Shown: in pieces, positions 28,560 to 41,188 of the stretch
Layout: every line of letters begins with the position of its first letter
How positions within the stretch are numbered: position 1 is the first letter of the stretch
From: Octopus vulgaris
Lineage: Eukaryota
Length of the DNA: 64,000 nt
Assembly: GCA_951406725.2 (NCBI GenBank)
Contig: OX597824.1
Span: 52,700,001-52,764,000 of the forward strand
Direction: 5' to 3'
Notes under the pieces: model-generated
Told to the model about the DNA's origin: nothing
Databases searched by the model: none
The model's input: the letters and a program-made list of their open reading frames with translations, nothing else
Made by a program: the position numbers and the translations under genes

Positions 28560-29950
28560 TCTACATTGGTCTATAATAAAGAACTTCCAACTTTATTCTG
28601 TACATGGAAAAGCCTTTTATAAATATGATTAGCTGATCCAGCGCAACGATTAAGCATAATGATTGCTATGGGAACTGGGTTTTTTGTACTAAAACCTTTT
28701 CTGTTCTTATGACGTCTAAATATAAGCAAGACAATGGTGAAAAAACATTTACTACACGCAATAGCTGGTTTTATACATAAATAAAAAAGAATGAATTGGT
28801 TGGCAAAATGTAAAAGTGCATGGCAAACATGTGTACTGATACTGAATAGAAGAAAAAACAGTAACCTGGTTAACGTAAACCAAAGTTCATGCCGGCAAGA
28901 AGCTATATTGCAAAGTAAAATCACCGATACCAGGTTTTAAAGCAGCTAAAGATTGGTTAGCATTAATGTTTAGAGGTAATGTAGCAGAATACTATAGGTT
29001 AAAGCTTATGCTTGTGCATCATGCCGAAAATCCAGGGGCAATTGAAGGCCTTATAAAAGTGACACTTCCAAGCTGACTTGTTGCTTTATTGATACTACTT
29101 TAGTTTTCGCATCACTTTGTATCTGAAGTTAAAAAATATTAGGAAGGCAAAAGTATAATATTTCATGTGCTACTGATCGTAAATAAATCGCATCTAGTCA
29201 TCCACAATGTCTACATCATCCTCCAAATATTAGATTAATGTTTATGTTTCTAACTACAGTATCGTAACAAATGGATCAAGGTTTAATTGCAACATTTAAC
29301 GTGTTTTATCTTGGTCATACATTTGATCAGTTAAAAAATGCTATTGATAAGGTCCGGTATTAAAATAATTTGGGAAATCCTTTAATCTTCTGAATACGTA
29401 AAATGATAAACGTGTTTAAGAAAAACGCTAGAATGAAAACTATGAAAAACCCAGAGATTGTTCGAAATTAAACAGAAGCAGTTGTTGATATTACTAATCA
29501 GTTACTCTTTCATTTTTGTATTAATGTCATAAATGATGTGTTTCAATCATGTAACAAAGAGCTTGCAAATGAAACCTCACTGAAATGGAAGAGCATTATG
29601 AAAACACTGACAAAGTAACAATGTAAATTCTTGTTTACTCCATTGTCAAAGGGTTCAACGAAGTCTTTTTCACATTTTCAAAAACTGACTGAGATTTTCA
29701 AACCAGAAAGTTCAAATTTCTAAGTAGAAAAATTGCTCCAGATTTAAATAATCTGATGCTTTCTTATGTAGTTTATAAAGAAAAGAAAATGACTGTAATA
29801 TACAAGGAACCTTTGATGTATTTATAAAGAAACAAGAAATTCCTTCTTTAGATGAATTAAATAAAAGGACCAAGGCCACATCCAGTAATGAACTAAATAT
29901 TTGCCGCAAAGAATCATCGAGTGATGAAGAATATAAATTGGAGGCATTTG
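28560..29950 (+). pseudogene. Decayed Tigger/pogo (TIGD1-like) transposase
   Basis: MPARSYIAK..PGFKAAKDWLALMFRGNVAEYYRLKLMLVHHAENPGA (cf. Tigger1 [45 protein letters not shown]) at ~28890-29045, and MDQGLIATF at ~29272. Confidence 0.88.
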
Positions 29951-30075
29951 GTTATTATCTATAAATGATATGTTTAATAAAATTATTGTTTATACCTAAA
30001 GTATAGTTTTAATGCCCCTAAGCTCAAATTGTCAAGATAGATAAGTATGACTGTGCATATGTATGCGTTTGTGCG

Positions 30076-30123
<48 letters not shown>

Positions 30124-30403
30124 TCTGTATCTGTCCATGTGTGCGTGCGTGTGTGTATCTATGCGCATGTGTGTATATATAGGTGTGTATATTGAAGACT
30201 CAACTCTGTCTTCAAATTTTCAATATATTTTTTAATTTGTTTATTTGTCATTCGTGTTTAGTTTGAAAAATAAACTTATTAATTCAATTAACGCACCAAA
30301 ACTTTCTAAACCTAATCTTCTGAATGAAATAATAAAAAAGAGTATGAAAAACCTTTAATAAAAGAGATTTACTCCAACACGCACACATAACCATGTATGT
30401 GTG

Positions 30404-30537
<134 letters not shown>

Positions 30538-31035
30538 CAACAACATTCCATTAAATTTTATAAGGACTTTCTAACGTCTTGAGTAAAGCCCCTATTTGAT
30601 AATAACAGTAATGAGACATCATTCTTATTAATCTTGCTAGTCTTATTATCTATTTTGTCGTATTTGTTACTGTTGTTGTTGATATTGATCTACTGCAAAC
30701 TAAAATGGAATGGTTAAATAAAAGACGAGAAATAACATCTGTTTCTTTCCCAAAGGTTTGAATAATTCCATCTCGCTGCTTCTGGAAATCTAATGACACA
30801 GCAAATCCGAATGTTACTGGCAATTATTTGCCTTTATCGAACAATAAATTGAAAGAAAATGGCTGGCTTTACTGATAAAAATCATGGACTACCTTAAATC
30901 AAATTGGCAACCAGTTGTTTCTTTCTTTGGTCAGTTGTATTCAGGTCTGAATCCAAAAGAAAACTTATTTGTCCAGTCTGTTATGAGTATTCAGACATTT
31001 TGCCTCGTAATTTCAAAACTGAAAAAAGTTTCAGC

Positions 31036-31101
31036 CTACTACTACTACTACTACAACTACTGCTACTGCTACTGCTACTACTACTGCTACTACTACTACT
31101 G

Positions 31102-31132
<31 letters not shown>
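31036..31132. repeat. (CTA/CTG)n trinucleotide repeat
   Basis: Read directly from the sequence. Confidence 0.97.
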
Positions 31133-32757
31133 ATGTTCTTGATTTTCTCGCTGTGTTTATCGATGTTTTATTTTATGTTCTTGCTATGCATGTTGCTGTA
31201 GTTCTTATTCTTCTTATTAAAAAGATGGTGGATTGGCAGAAAGGGCACTAAATTGGCAAAATTGACGGTAGATCGGCAGAATTGTTTGTGCATCGGTCAA
31301 AACATGTTGTCGTAATTTGTGATGCCGTTCTTGGCGGTGGGTTGGCAGAATCGTTAGAACCTCGGACAAAATGCCCGATGTTCTGGTCTTCCATAGCCTC
31401 AGCTCGAATAGATTGATACAGATAGAATTGGCTATAATTCTATCTTCGTATGTAGCTTCCTAAAAAGTGACTCTATCTAGTTACTCAAGCTACAAGTATT
31501 TTCGCATTCAAATTTCCTATAAATTATACTCTGCTGCCGTATGAAAAGGAAGGACAATACGAAAATGTATTTTTAGATATGGTTGATGTTGTAAGGAAGA
31601 AAGGACTGAACACAGCGGTTAAGGTATACGCACACATATTCATGCATACATACATATATTACACACACATACATAATTCATACATATATACACACACATA
31701 TACATAAAACATACACACACACACACACACTGTTCATCATATATGTGTATGTGTAATGTATGACTATTCCTTTCCTCTGGCTTTCTCACAAAGCATAAAA
31801 TAATTGATTTTTCCCAATATATTTTCACCTCATTGACTGTATGATTCTGTGACCATTTCTAACAATATATGATGGTTATGATCACCCCAAAGAAGCAAAT
31901 AAACCCTTAAAGTATTTTATAATCCGAGATTATAATAAAAAAATAAATGAAATGTTGATAAATAAATAAACAACAGATGATAAAACAAATAAATAACATT
32001 GAAAAACTGATTAAATAACGTCGGAGAATCATAAATATACTAATATCAGGGAGAAAAAATAGAAACATTTTCACATTTCCTAAACCAATAACAAAGAATT
32101 CTGTCATCAGACAATAAAACTTGAATATTCAATTCTTCCTGCAATATTCACACAAGAAGCCAATATTCGATGGAGCATCATCATGATAAATGACAATAAT
32201 AAGAAGAAGGACAAAAAAATATTTCATTTTACTATCATATTGGGCGAAAATTCTGATGAATAGCTTTATCATCATAAAACATCTCATTCTGAATATACAT
32301 TTTGGCACACACATACAGACAAGCAGTGTGACCGCCGGTGCGTGTGCACGCATACATACATTCATATTTTCATATATACATAGACATACATATAAAAATA
32401 CATATCGACACAGATACATACATACACACACAAACACACACATACGTACATACATACATACATGCATACATACATACATACATACATACATACATACATA
32501 CATACATACATACATACATACATACATACATACATACGTAATGTTTGTTTCTTAATGGATTCGGCAAATGAAAGAACTCAATACACCTAAGAGTTACGAA
32601 AGTAACTGAATACTTTTAAACAACTGAAATATGAATTACTGTTCAAAATTATTTAGTTATTACATATGAGTGTACACACATACACCTATGGAGCCTAAAT
32701 ATTATACGTTATTATATAGAAAGAGAAGACATCAAAGTTTACACATACATGCATACG

Positions 32758-32807
<50 letters not shown>

Positions 32808-32810
32808 CAT

Positions 32811-33090
32811 ACCAGGTTAAGTCAAAAAAGTTTTTTCTGATGTTCACTGATTGTTTTTGCGAACTTGTATCTCCACGTTATATCATCAATTGAATACAAC
32901 CTGTTCTCCGATCATTGCTAAATTCTTTATTCTTTATTTTCATATATAACTTATAAACATTGTTTTGTTCTTTATTTTACAGCTTTGATAATGAGTGGTG
33001 AAAAATTGCAATTAGACCTATTTTACGTTACCTGTGGAGAAAAAGGACTGAATGCAAGGGCAGAGCCTAAAGGAAATAATGATGTGGATC
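32811..33090 (+). mobile_element. Mariner 5' end fragment
   Basis: Starts ta|ccaggttaagtcaaaaaag after a TA tract; frameshift-corrected N-terminus MSGEK..IRPILRYLWRKGLNARA..KEINDV resembles a mariner HTH start. Confidence 0.55.
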
Positions 33091-33104
33091 TCTTACATAT
33101 AAAC

Positions 33105-33293
33105 CATAAATGTTTCAGGGCGGGAAGAATCAATATCTACTCCAGTACTGATCGGTTCTCGATTTTTGTTTACTCCCATAAGGATAAAACAACAAAAGTC
33201 GACCTTGGAGTGATTTGAACCCAGAAGATAAAAGGCCGTGATGAAATCCTGCAGGGGCTTCTGTCAGTAATCTAATGATTCTGCTCAACCACC
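33105..33293 (-). mobile_element. Old SINE family A-related copy
   Basis: aaagtcgaccttggagtgatttgaacccagaa...tctaatgattctgctcaaccacc. Confidence 0.6.
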
Positions 33294-33534
33294 ATGGTTT
33301 CTCTGAGCTTGGCATCACTACGTTTAGCACAACTGCAAGCGCTATTTAAATTACTATAATCTCTGATGAGTGATACATATTGATGAAAACTTTGCTTCTA
33401 TATACTAAGATTCTAGAATTAAAACTTCTAATCTAAATGAAGCAATAATTCAGAGTAACTATAGTATAAATTCACAGAGTACATTATGTTCTAACATATA
33501 TTCAATATATCTTTTGCAAAATAAATTATCGATT

Positions 33535-33866
33535 TTAGCAGACGACGGGGAAACGACTTTCCAATAGGACATTGCTGCTGAAGCAAAAGCCTACAACAGT
33601 CGGGGCAGCAGTTATCAACTACTTGTGACTGAAAAGTTCGTGTCTTGATTCTATCAAAATGAGAGATGTAGTTGTAAGCAGGCATGGCTTCCCAGTCTTC
33701 ACCTAATGGAACATCAATGATCTGACAAATGGAGGTAGAGAGAATTGCACCAGTACCGAGCTGAGTAGTTTGGAACAACGTGAAACGAATTGCCTAGATC
33801 AATGACATAATGCGGCTCCTGGTCCAGGAATTCAACTCACCATTTGATGATTGTGAGGTCAACACT
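33535..33866 (-). mobile_element. Old SINE family C-related copy
   Basis: Reverse tRNA-like head (ggtccaggaattcaactcacc...tgattgtgag) matching 38930-38990. Confidence 0.5.
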
Positions 33867-34028
33867 TATATGAATATTGTCTTAACAATGTTAACTTTTT
33901 TTTATAGAAATAAATATTTTCTGACTGCAACAAGAAATGCAGTGATAATCTGACAAGGATTTCAGAACTGCTCTTATCAGTTACAATTGACATCAAAAGT
34001 TTGAGATTTGCTCAAAGATTCAATCCAT

Positions 34029-34080
34029 GGAGATAACCGCCCCCACAACGAGCGCACTCGTTGTGGGGCGGTTAATCTCC
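34029..34080. other. Isolated GC-rich hairpin
   Basis: ggagataaccgcccccacaacgag-cgca-ctcgttgtggggcggttaatctcc: ~23 bp stem, two single-base bulges, 4-nt loop. Confidence 0.9.
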
Positions 34081-34299
34081 CATATCAGTGTTTATACAAT
34101 GTTTTTGTGGCTATAAGGATCTTTCACTCTTGTTTCTTGCCATGTAGGTGCTACCCTGCACCCTCAGGTACTATATACATACATACAATAATTAAAATAA
34201 TATAGAAGTATATGTATATATACATACATATATGTACATACCTACATATGTATGTGTATATATATGCATCCATATATATATATATATATGTATATATAT

Positions 34300-34490
34300 A
34301 TCATCCTTGATCGATAAATATTCAGGTTTTTTTCATTCTCTCTGTTTATTTTTTTTCTCTTATTCCTTTCTGCTGAAGAGCGTAGGCTCGAAACGTAAAA
34401 TACTTTTTCATTTTCATTTTCCCGAGCGTCAAATTAATGCACCTGCTTGTTGTTCATACACCTGTCTTTGTCTTTTTGCTTTTCGTCTAT
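34300..34490 (+). mobile_element. Probable Penelope-like terminal remnant with a minimal hammerhead-like core (34373-34397)
   Basis: ctgaaga-gcgtaggctc-gaaa-cgta; TA repeats on both sides; stem I pairing is poor. Confidence 0.55.
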
Positions 34491-34497
34491 ATATATT

Positions 34498-34565
34498 CAC
34501 TGCGTGGCACCTTGGGCAAGCTTTGTGAGTGGATTTTGTAAACGGAAACTGAAAGAAGCCTGTCG

Positions 34566-34620
<55 letters not shown>

Positions 34621-34818
34621 TCTGTATTTGTCCCCACACAATCACCTGACACCAATGTTGGTGTTTTTACGGCCCCGTATCTTAGAAATTCGCCAAAAGA
34701 GGCCGATCGAATAAGTACTAGGCTTACAAAGAATAAGTCCTAGATTCGATTTGTTCGACTAAAGGCGGTGCTCCAGCATGATCGCAATCAAATGACTGAA
34801 ACAAGTAAAAGAATAAAA

Positions 34819-34822
<4 letters not shown>
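34498..34822 (+). mobile_element. SINE family B copy (head truncated)
   Basis: cactgcgtggcaccttgggcaag...gactgaaacaagtaaaagaataaaagaa. Confidence 0.9.
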
Positions 34823-34859
<37 letters not shown>

Positions 34860-35386
34860 AAAATACATACGTACTTGTGTGTGTGCGTGCGTGCGTGCGT
34901 GTGCGTGCGTGCGTGTGCGTGCGTGTGCGTGCGTGCGTGCGTATGCGTGTTTGCGGGTATGCACGCGTTCACATATGTGCGAGTGTATTTTAACTGCAGG
35001 TATTATCCCCAAAATATTTCTTTTTATATTAAGGTAACTGTGATTCATATCTGCTAATATTTTTCCGTTTGATGCATTTTCAGTAAATTCAAACTAAAAA
35101 TTTAGATGGAATGTCTTTGATTACAGCTCTATAAAACATTCACACTGGTTGTATAAATCATCTTTACATGTTTTACTTATCACACCTTCCCTCCCTCATA
35201 TAAACACGTTTTATTTATGGGTTAAATCATCATCACTAGTTGTTTTATTGGTACATTTATTTTATTGCTTTTTTGCGTCAGTACAACCTTTTAAAATACT
35301 ACACGCGCACATGCACATACTTGAATGTACACATACACACTCACACGCCTATCTCTCTATATATCTATACATTTATGCACACACAC

Positions 35387-35418
<32 letters not shown>

Positions 35419-35644
35419 ATATAAAGTCTGTTAGAGATTTTAGCTCGAGAAAATAACATGTGTGTCTACTTTCTAACCCATCTTTTCCGTTCCAGCATTC
35501 ACTGCCACTTTTAATAACGACGTATATACTTTACTCTCCTGATAACTCATTGTCCCCTTCGTCTATGTATAGGTACGATGTCTAGGTGTACTCTCTTCTA
35601 TCTTCCAACTCTCACTTACATGTGAGTTTATTTATGGAGTATCT

Positions 35645-35850
35645 TTTATTTGCTTCAGTCATTACACTGCGTCCATACTGGAGCATCGCCCTGAAAAATT
35701 TCTAGTTGTACGAATTGAGACCTCAGTACTAATTTTTAAAGTCTGGTACTTATTCAATCAGTCTCTTTTGCCAAACCGCTGAGTTACGGGGACATAAACA
35801 CACCAGCACCAGTTGTCAAACGGTGGGGGTGGGACAAACACAGACACAAA
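35645..35850 (-). mobile_element. SINE family B 3' part (older)
   Basis: ttcagtcatt...gtctcttttgccaaaccgct...caccagttgtcaa...ggacaaacacagacac. Confidence 0.8.
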
Positions 35851-36316
35851 GGCACGCTCATACACTTACACACGCGCGCGCACACATATAAAGAAAATAA
35901 AGTATTAAAAAATCCTGGTAGATATCAATAAAGGAACTCAGTATTAAAAGAATTTGGTTACCAATGTTCAACAATTAGACACTAGTAAATCTAAGTAGAA
36001 TACAGATCCCAGGTAAATCCTCGTGTATGACAGGTAAATCAAAATATCATTTGCCAAAATTTTAAGAAATTCAGAGTATTTAACAGCAAAAAATATGTAT
36101 GGAAAAAATTATATCTTTATTACAGATCTCGCATTATAAAGCCGACAATCGTTTCTATCGCATTAACATACATAGGTCAGTCTTAAGATAAGTGCCTTCT
36201 GTGGTTATGAGTTGTTTTGACTCTCATTTCTAGCAATACTTGTCCGGACTGATGCTGACTAATACCCTTTGTCATTTTAGTCACGACTTTATTCCTGTCT
36301 TTTGGTTATATATCTA

Positions 36317-36829
36317 TCTATATATATAAAACTGTAGTTGTGTGAGTGTCTGTCCCCTTCGATTTAGATTCCTAACTACTCCCACACTTTGCGGTGCAGT
36401 TTAACCAAATTCGGGTATCTTATAGTCGTGATTCATATCGAGCCCGTCTGAGTATTAGCGCGCGTCTACGATGAGTCTACGATTTTAAAAATAATTTAAC
36501 ATCATTTTTTATTCCATTTTAATGCATAATTTTTCGTGTGTCGATGGCGGCGGAGTTGGCGTCCATGGTCACACCTGCACCTGTTTGCTTCTCCCCCTTC
36601 TTCCTTCCCTCGTGAAGCTGTGGGGAAGGGAGTGTAAGGAAATCAACGTCGTAAAGCGTTGTCAAGGAGACCAGCGTTCTTTTAGAACAACGACTTCATG
36701 GCTTGAAGACACCAAAACAGAAATGGCTAAGAAAGCCCGAATTGGCATCTATAAGGGAAGTAACTCTCTAAAAATGCTTATATAGTTATTTCCCTTACAA
36801 ACCCGAGCAACGCCGGGCGATACTGCTAG
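36317..36829 (+). mobile_element. Non-autonomous Helitron, apparently complete (~513 bp)
   Basis: 5' A|TCTATATATATAAAA; 3' hairpin cccgagc-aac-gccggg (36802-36817), then CTAG|T; no TSD; CpG-rich relative to its flanks. Confidence 0.88.
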
Positions 36830-37632
36830 TATATACATAAATATATATAATCAAAAAAGCAACATAAATATATATAGAAAATATTAAAATTAATATTTAT
36901 ATTTTCGAAAATTTATGTTAACACAACGTTATCAAGGCCATCGAAAATTAGTGATATTTGAATTGAACGCTTGAAATATTACCAGTAGATAGAGGCTAAC
37001 AAAAAGAACGATTAAAGTGAATTCAACCTTAGACATTCCTTCATTCGGCTAATGGTGATGTCATTGGATAACGAAAATATTTTAAGAAAACAAAAAATAA
37101 ACATTTAAGAAATGTCATTTTTATATTCAACTATTGGTGACGTCAGTGGATGACGAAAAGTATATTTTAAAAACCCTACATTATGACAATTAGAAATAAC
37201 CGGAGGACTAAAGAATAAAAAATAAACATAAGAATTCGATATTGCGATTATAAGAAGCTTAGATACGTTGCATCACAACAATTAGTTATCCATTTATTAA
37301 ATGTATAAAACGCTTTAGAAGAATTAAACTTATTATATAATATATGAAAAACTATTATAACTAAGAATTGAAATATTTGAATGTCTTTCAAAATTTATGG
37401 CAATGCCTTATAGCAAAGTTTCCATTAAAATTCAATAAAATTAATTTAGAAGTAATTATATAATACATTTCTTCAATGTAAATATCACATGTAAAATTAC
37501 CAAAACCGTACGATGGTATATAACTAACTTATCTTTTAAATCCCAAAGGATTTTTCTTCTATACTTAAATGAATGAGAATGATTATGAAATCTAGATTTC
37601 CAAGTTTTACCATATGAACCAATATAATAATA

Positions 37633-37884
37633 TTCTTTTACTTGTTTCAGTCATTGGACTGCGGCCATGCTAGAGCACTGCCTTTAATCGAATATACGAC
37701 CCAAATATGTATTCTTTGTAAGCCTAGTACTTATTCTATCGGTCATTTTTGCCGAACCGCTAAGTTATGGGGACGCAAGTATATATATATGCCGATAGCA
37801 GAAGACTCTTACCGAAGGTGCCACGCAGTGGCACTAAACCCGGCAACATGTGGTTGGGAAGCAAAACTTCTTACCACACAGCCA
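37633..37884 (-). mobile_element. SINE family B copy with internal deletion
   Basis: Tail and head present; the middle (microsatellite to ctacc region) is missing. Confidence 0.85.
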
Positions 37885-37919
37885 CAACAGACAGACAGAT
37901 AGACAGATAGATAGATAGT

Positions 37920-38003
<84 letters not shown>

Positions 38004-38036
38004 AAAGGATAATATAAGGCAGTTATATATCCTATG

Positions 38037-38331
38037 GTGGAGGCACATGGCCTAGTGGTGAGAGCAGCGGACTCGCGGTCGAGTGATCGCGGGTTCGAAT
38101 CTCAGACCGGGCGATGTGTGTGTTTATGAGCGAAACACCTATGCTCCACGCGGCTCCGGCAGAAGGTAATGGCGATCTTCTGCTGATTGTTTTGCCACAA
38201 CTTTCACTCTTTCCTCTTGCAGCTCACCTGCGACAGACCGACGTTCCGTCCAGCTAAGGAACCTATACGCCAAGGAAACCGGGAAACCGGCTCTAATGAG
38301 CCACGCGTGGCTCGAGAAGGAACAAACCACA
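38037..38331 (+). mobile_element. SINE family E, full length with 12-bp target-site duplication
   Basis: A box tggcctagtgg, anticodon-arm-like gactcgcggtc (TCG, Arg-like), B box gggttcgaatc; atatatcctatg repeated at 38025-38036 and 38332-38343. Confidence 0.92.
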
Positions 38332-38924
38332 ATATATCCTATGCCTAGGATATATGTCCTATATCTAGGAGGAGGAAAACGAAATTTACATGTAAATTGA
38401 AACTTGTGTTATATAAATATTCTGATTGGCACTTACAAGTTCAACATATCTCATATCTCTAAATTATATCTAACTTAATGACCCATAACTGTACACATAT
38501 GTATCTCTGAAACTCACTAATTTATAATTCACTCAAGTCTAGTAGTTGAAATATTTTCTGGCCTAATTTACGATCTAAATTTCATGATTTGAAATTCAAA
38601 CCTAGGGTCATTATAGGGTCAACCTATTAACTGTTTTTATAACCGTATCAGTTTTCCAAATGTTCCTTTCCCATTCTTTGCGATTAAAACTATAATACCC
38701 TTGCAAACATAAGGCTAGCTACACTTCAGTTCACTTCAAACCAGGACGGTTGCTAAATTTGAATAAGCTGTATAGACTATAAACCAGATTTATGAAAATT
38801 AGGGCAAACGCAATTGCCAGATGTCTATGCTGCAGAAACCTACATCGGACAGATTTAAGTTAGATATGCTGTATAATTGATTGTGAAAATAAAAATCGTA
38901 CAGATGTATTATTCTCCGTATTCG

Positions 38925-39257
38925 TTATGGCTCAGTGGTTAGGGCGTTGGGCTCACAATCATGAGGTAGTGAGTTCGATTTCCGGACCAGGCTGTGCTGA
39001 TGATCTAAACAGTTTATTTCACATTGCTCAAGTTCACTCAGCTGTAGAAATGAGTTGCAATGTCACAGGTCCAAGCTGTATTGGCCTTTGTCTTTCTCTT
39101 GGATAACATCGGTAGTGTAGAGCGGGAAGGCTGGTATGCATGGGCTACTGCTGGTCTTCCATAAACACCCTTGCTCGGACTTGTGCCTCGTAGGATAACT
39201 TTCTAGGTGCAATCCCATGGTCATTCATAGCCGAGGCGGGGGTAAACCCTTTTACCT
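38925..39257 (+). mobile_element. SINE family C, near full length
   Basis: A box tggctcagtgg, B box gagttcgattt, cactcagctgtagaaatgagt central block; ends at (TA)n. Confidence 0.85.
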
Positions 39258-41188
39258 TATATATATATATATATATCGTTCTTGTGTTTGGTTTGCAATA
39301 TTCTTGATGTGAATTCATGTGTTGAAGCTTATTTGGTTGTGTTTTGAGAGAGTCATTACGCCAATAAGAATAACACACGCATTGGTTCGATACCACTTTT
39401 GTATTGGTAAAATATCTAACGAATTGGCTACTCGATCGTTTGTATAATGTGCTGGTTAAACAATCAATCGTTGTTTGTTCCTCAACATCAACCACACACA
39501 CACATGTATATATATATATACATATATGGTGGGACGTGTATGATATCTACATTTACGCGTATGAATGATAAACATATTTGGGAAGTGTACGCACACGCTC
39601 ACCACCAACATTTCTCTGTCATCGCTTCCTATACACCCTTTACTTTCAACTAGCCAGAAACCTCTATATCCCTTGCTATCGCTCCCCTGTTTTCTCTTCT
39701 CCTTTCTAGGCAGCTACCCCAAATGATTTGCAGGATTAAGGTACATTGTAATTCACTGAGTAAACTTTGGTTTCTTTAATCTATTAGATACGTACAAAAG
39801 AGCTCTCTTCCACCTTGTAAGTGTTCACAGAAATCTTCCTTTCAGATGTTAACGACAGGCTCTCGAACTCTACTCCCACTCTTTTTACCTAGTCCATAAT
39901 TTTAGAGCCACCACAATAAATGGAACCTCCGGTGAGATTCTTGAAATGCAAGAGTGAACATGTGAATACGTCAGGCTTCTTCCACATACATCAAAGCTAT
40001 GATAAGAGTCTACATAGTGCATTTAGAGCAGAAATCAAAAAGCTAGACACCTTAAGACATTTGACAATAAACATGTGAGAGAGAGAGAGAGACAGAGATC
40101 AAGAAATAAACATGTGTGAGAGAGAGAAAGAGGGATCAAGAAATTTGCTGATAGCTTTAGAACGAAGGTTATTGATTGTAATTCCTAAATCTTATACTTA
40201 CTAATTAAAGTGTGAAGTCTGCAATTATTACAGCATAGTGTGCACTAATGTACCTTATGCAGTAAACTAAGAAATTCTAATTCTTTAAATATGAAAAGAG
40301 TTAAAAACAAAATGAGGTAGTTAACTTTGAAGTTTTGATTATGAAAATTTGATTATAAATGGAATGTGTGGATCCAGTCACCAGCAGTATGGTGATAATT
40401 CTAGACATGTTTCAGCCTGACTGGACCTTGTTAGCAAAGCACAGTTTTATTCTTAATTCCGATCTTAGAACAATTTTGAGGCTATACATTATCCTAATCA
40501 TTTTAACACTTATAAAATTATCCCCTTGTCAGCTCTTTCTACACCTCTCACTGACTGAATAAGAAATGTCCTGAAGATATCTAACAACAACAATAACACA
40601 AATAGCTTTGTTAATTGTTTACGCTTCCCTAATAAACAATAATTGCTTGTTAATGAAAGATTATTCATTTTGATTTCGCTTACTTGTAATATTTGCTTCA
40701 TTTCCAGTAGCTCATGTATGGTTTTCAGGTTATTCCTGCCAGGTAATTAAATTGTGACTATTTACAAGCAGCTTAATGAACTTTATGAACTATTTATCAA
40801 TTACATATAAAATGGCTCTTGCTTTAAGTGAAATCTGTTCTTAATATACCCTATCATAACACTCCATTAACAGCCAGGTAGATTGAGTCATTAACATTTA
40901 AATATCTTGGCCAAAGTGCAGGGTTAGTGACAATATACAAATATTCTGTTTTATTATGTGTACATCCAGTAGTGCTTCTGTAAATATATTGACAGTTGAT
41001 ACTCTGTTTACCATAATTAAAGGGGTAAAGTGCATTTTTCCTATGCATGAGTATGATCTATAGGGATTTATTGTGTTTGGAAGAGTGAAATAACTGAGTG
41101 GTTATTCAATGCCATTGGTATTGAACAACCATTTCAAGGGTTTTGACTCCATTTGGCAATTCTATTGCTATTAAGAATAAGTACAAGA

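Noticed and set aside
30890-31020. Minus-strand segment bounded by AG/GT
   Set aside because: Stops occur in all three frames.
38037-38115. Possible tRNA-Arg(TCG) gene
   Set aside because: No proper acceptor stem; it continues into a SINE body flanked by a TSD, so it is a tRNA-derived head.
39750-40010. Possible Tx1/L1 C-terminal remnant on the minus strand (LWTR..HLKGR)
   Set aside because: Similarity too weak to support by eye.
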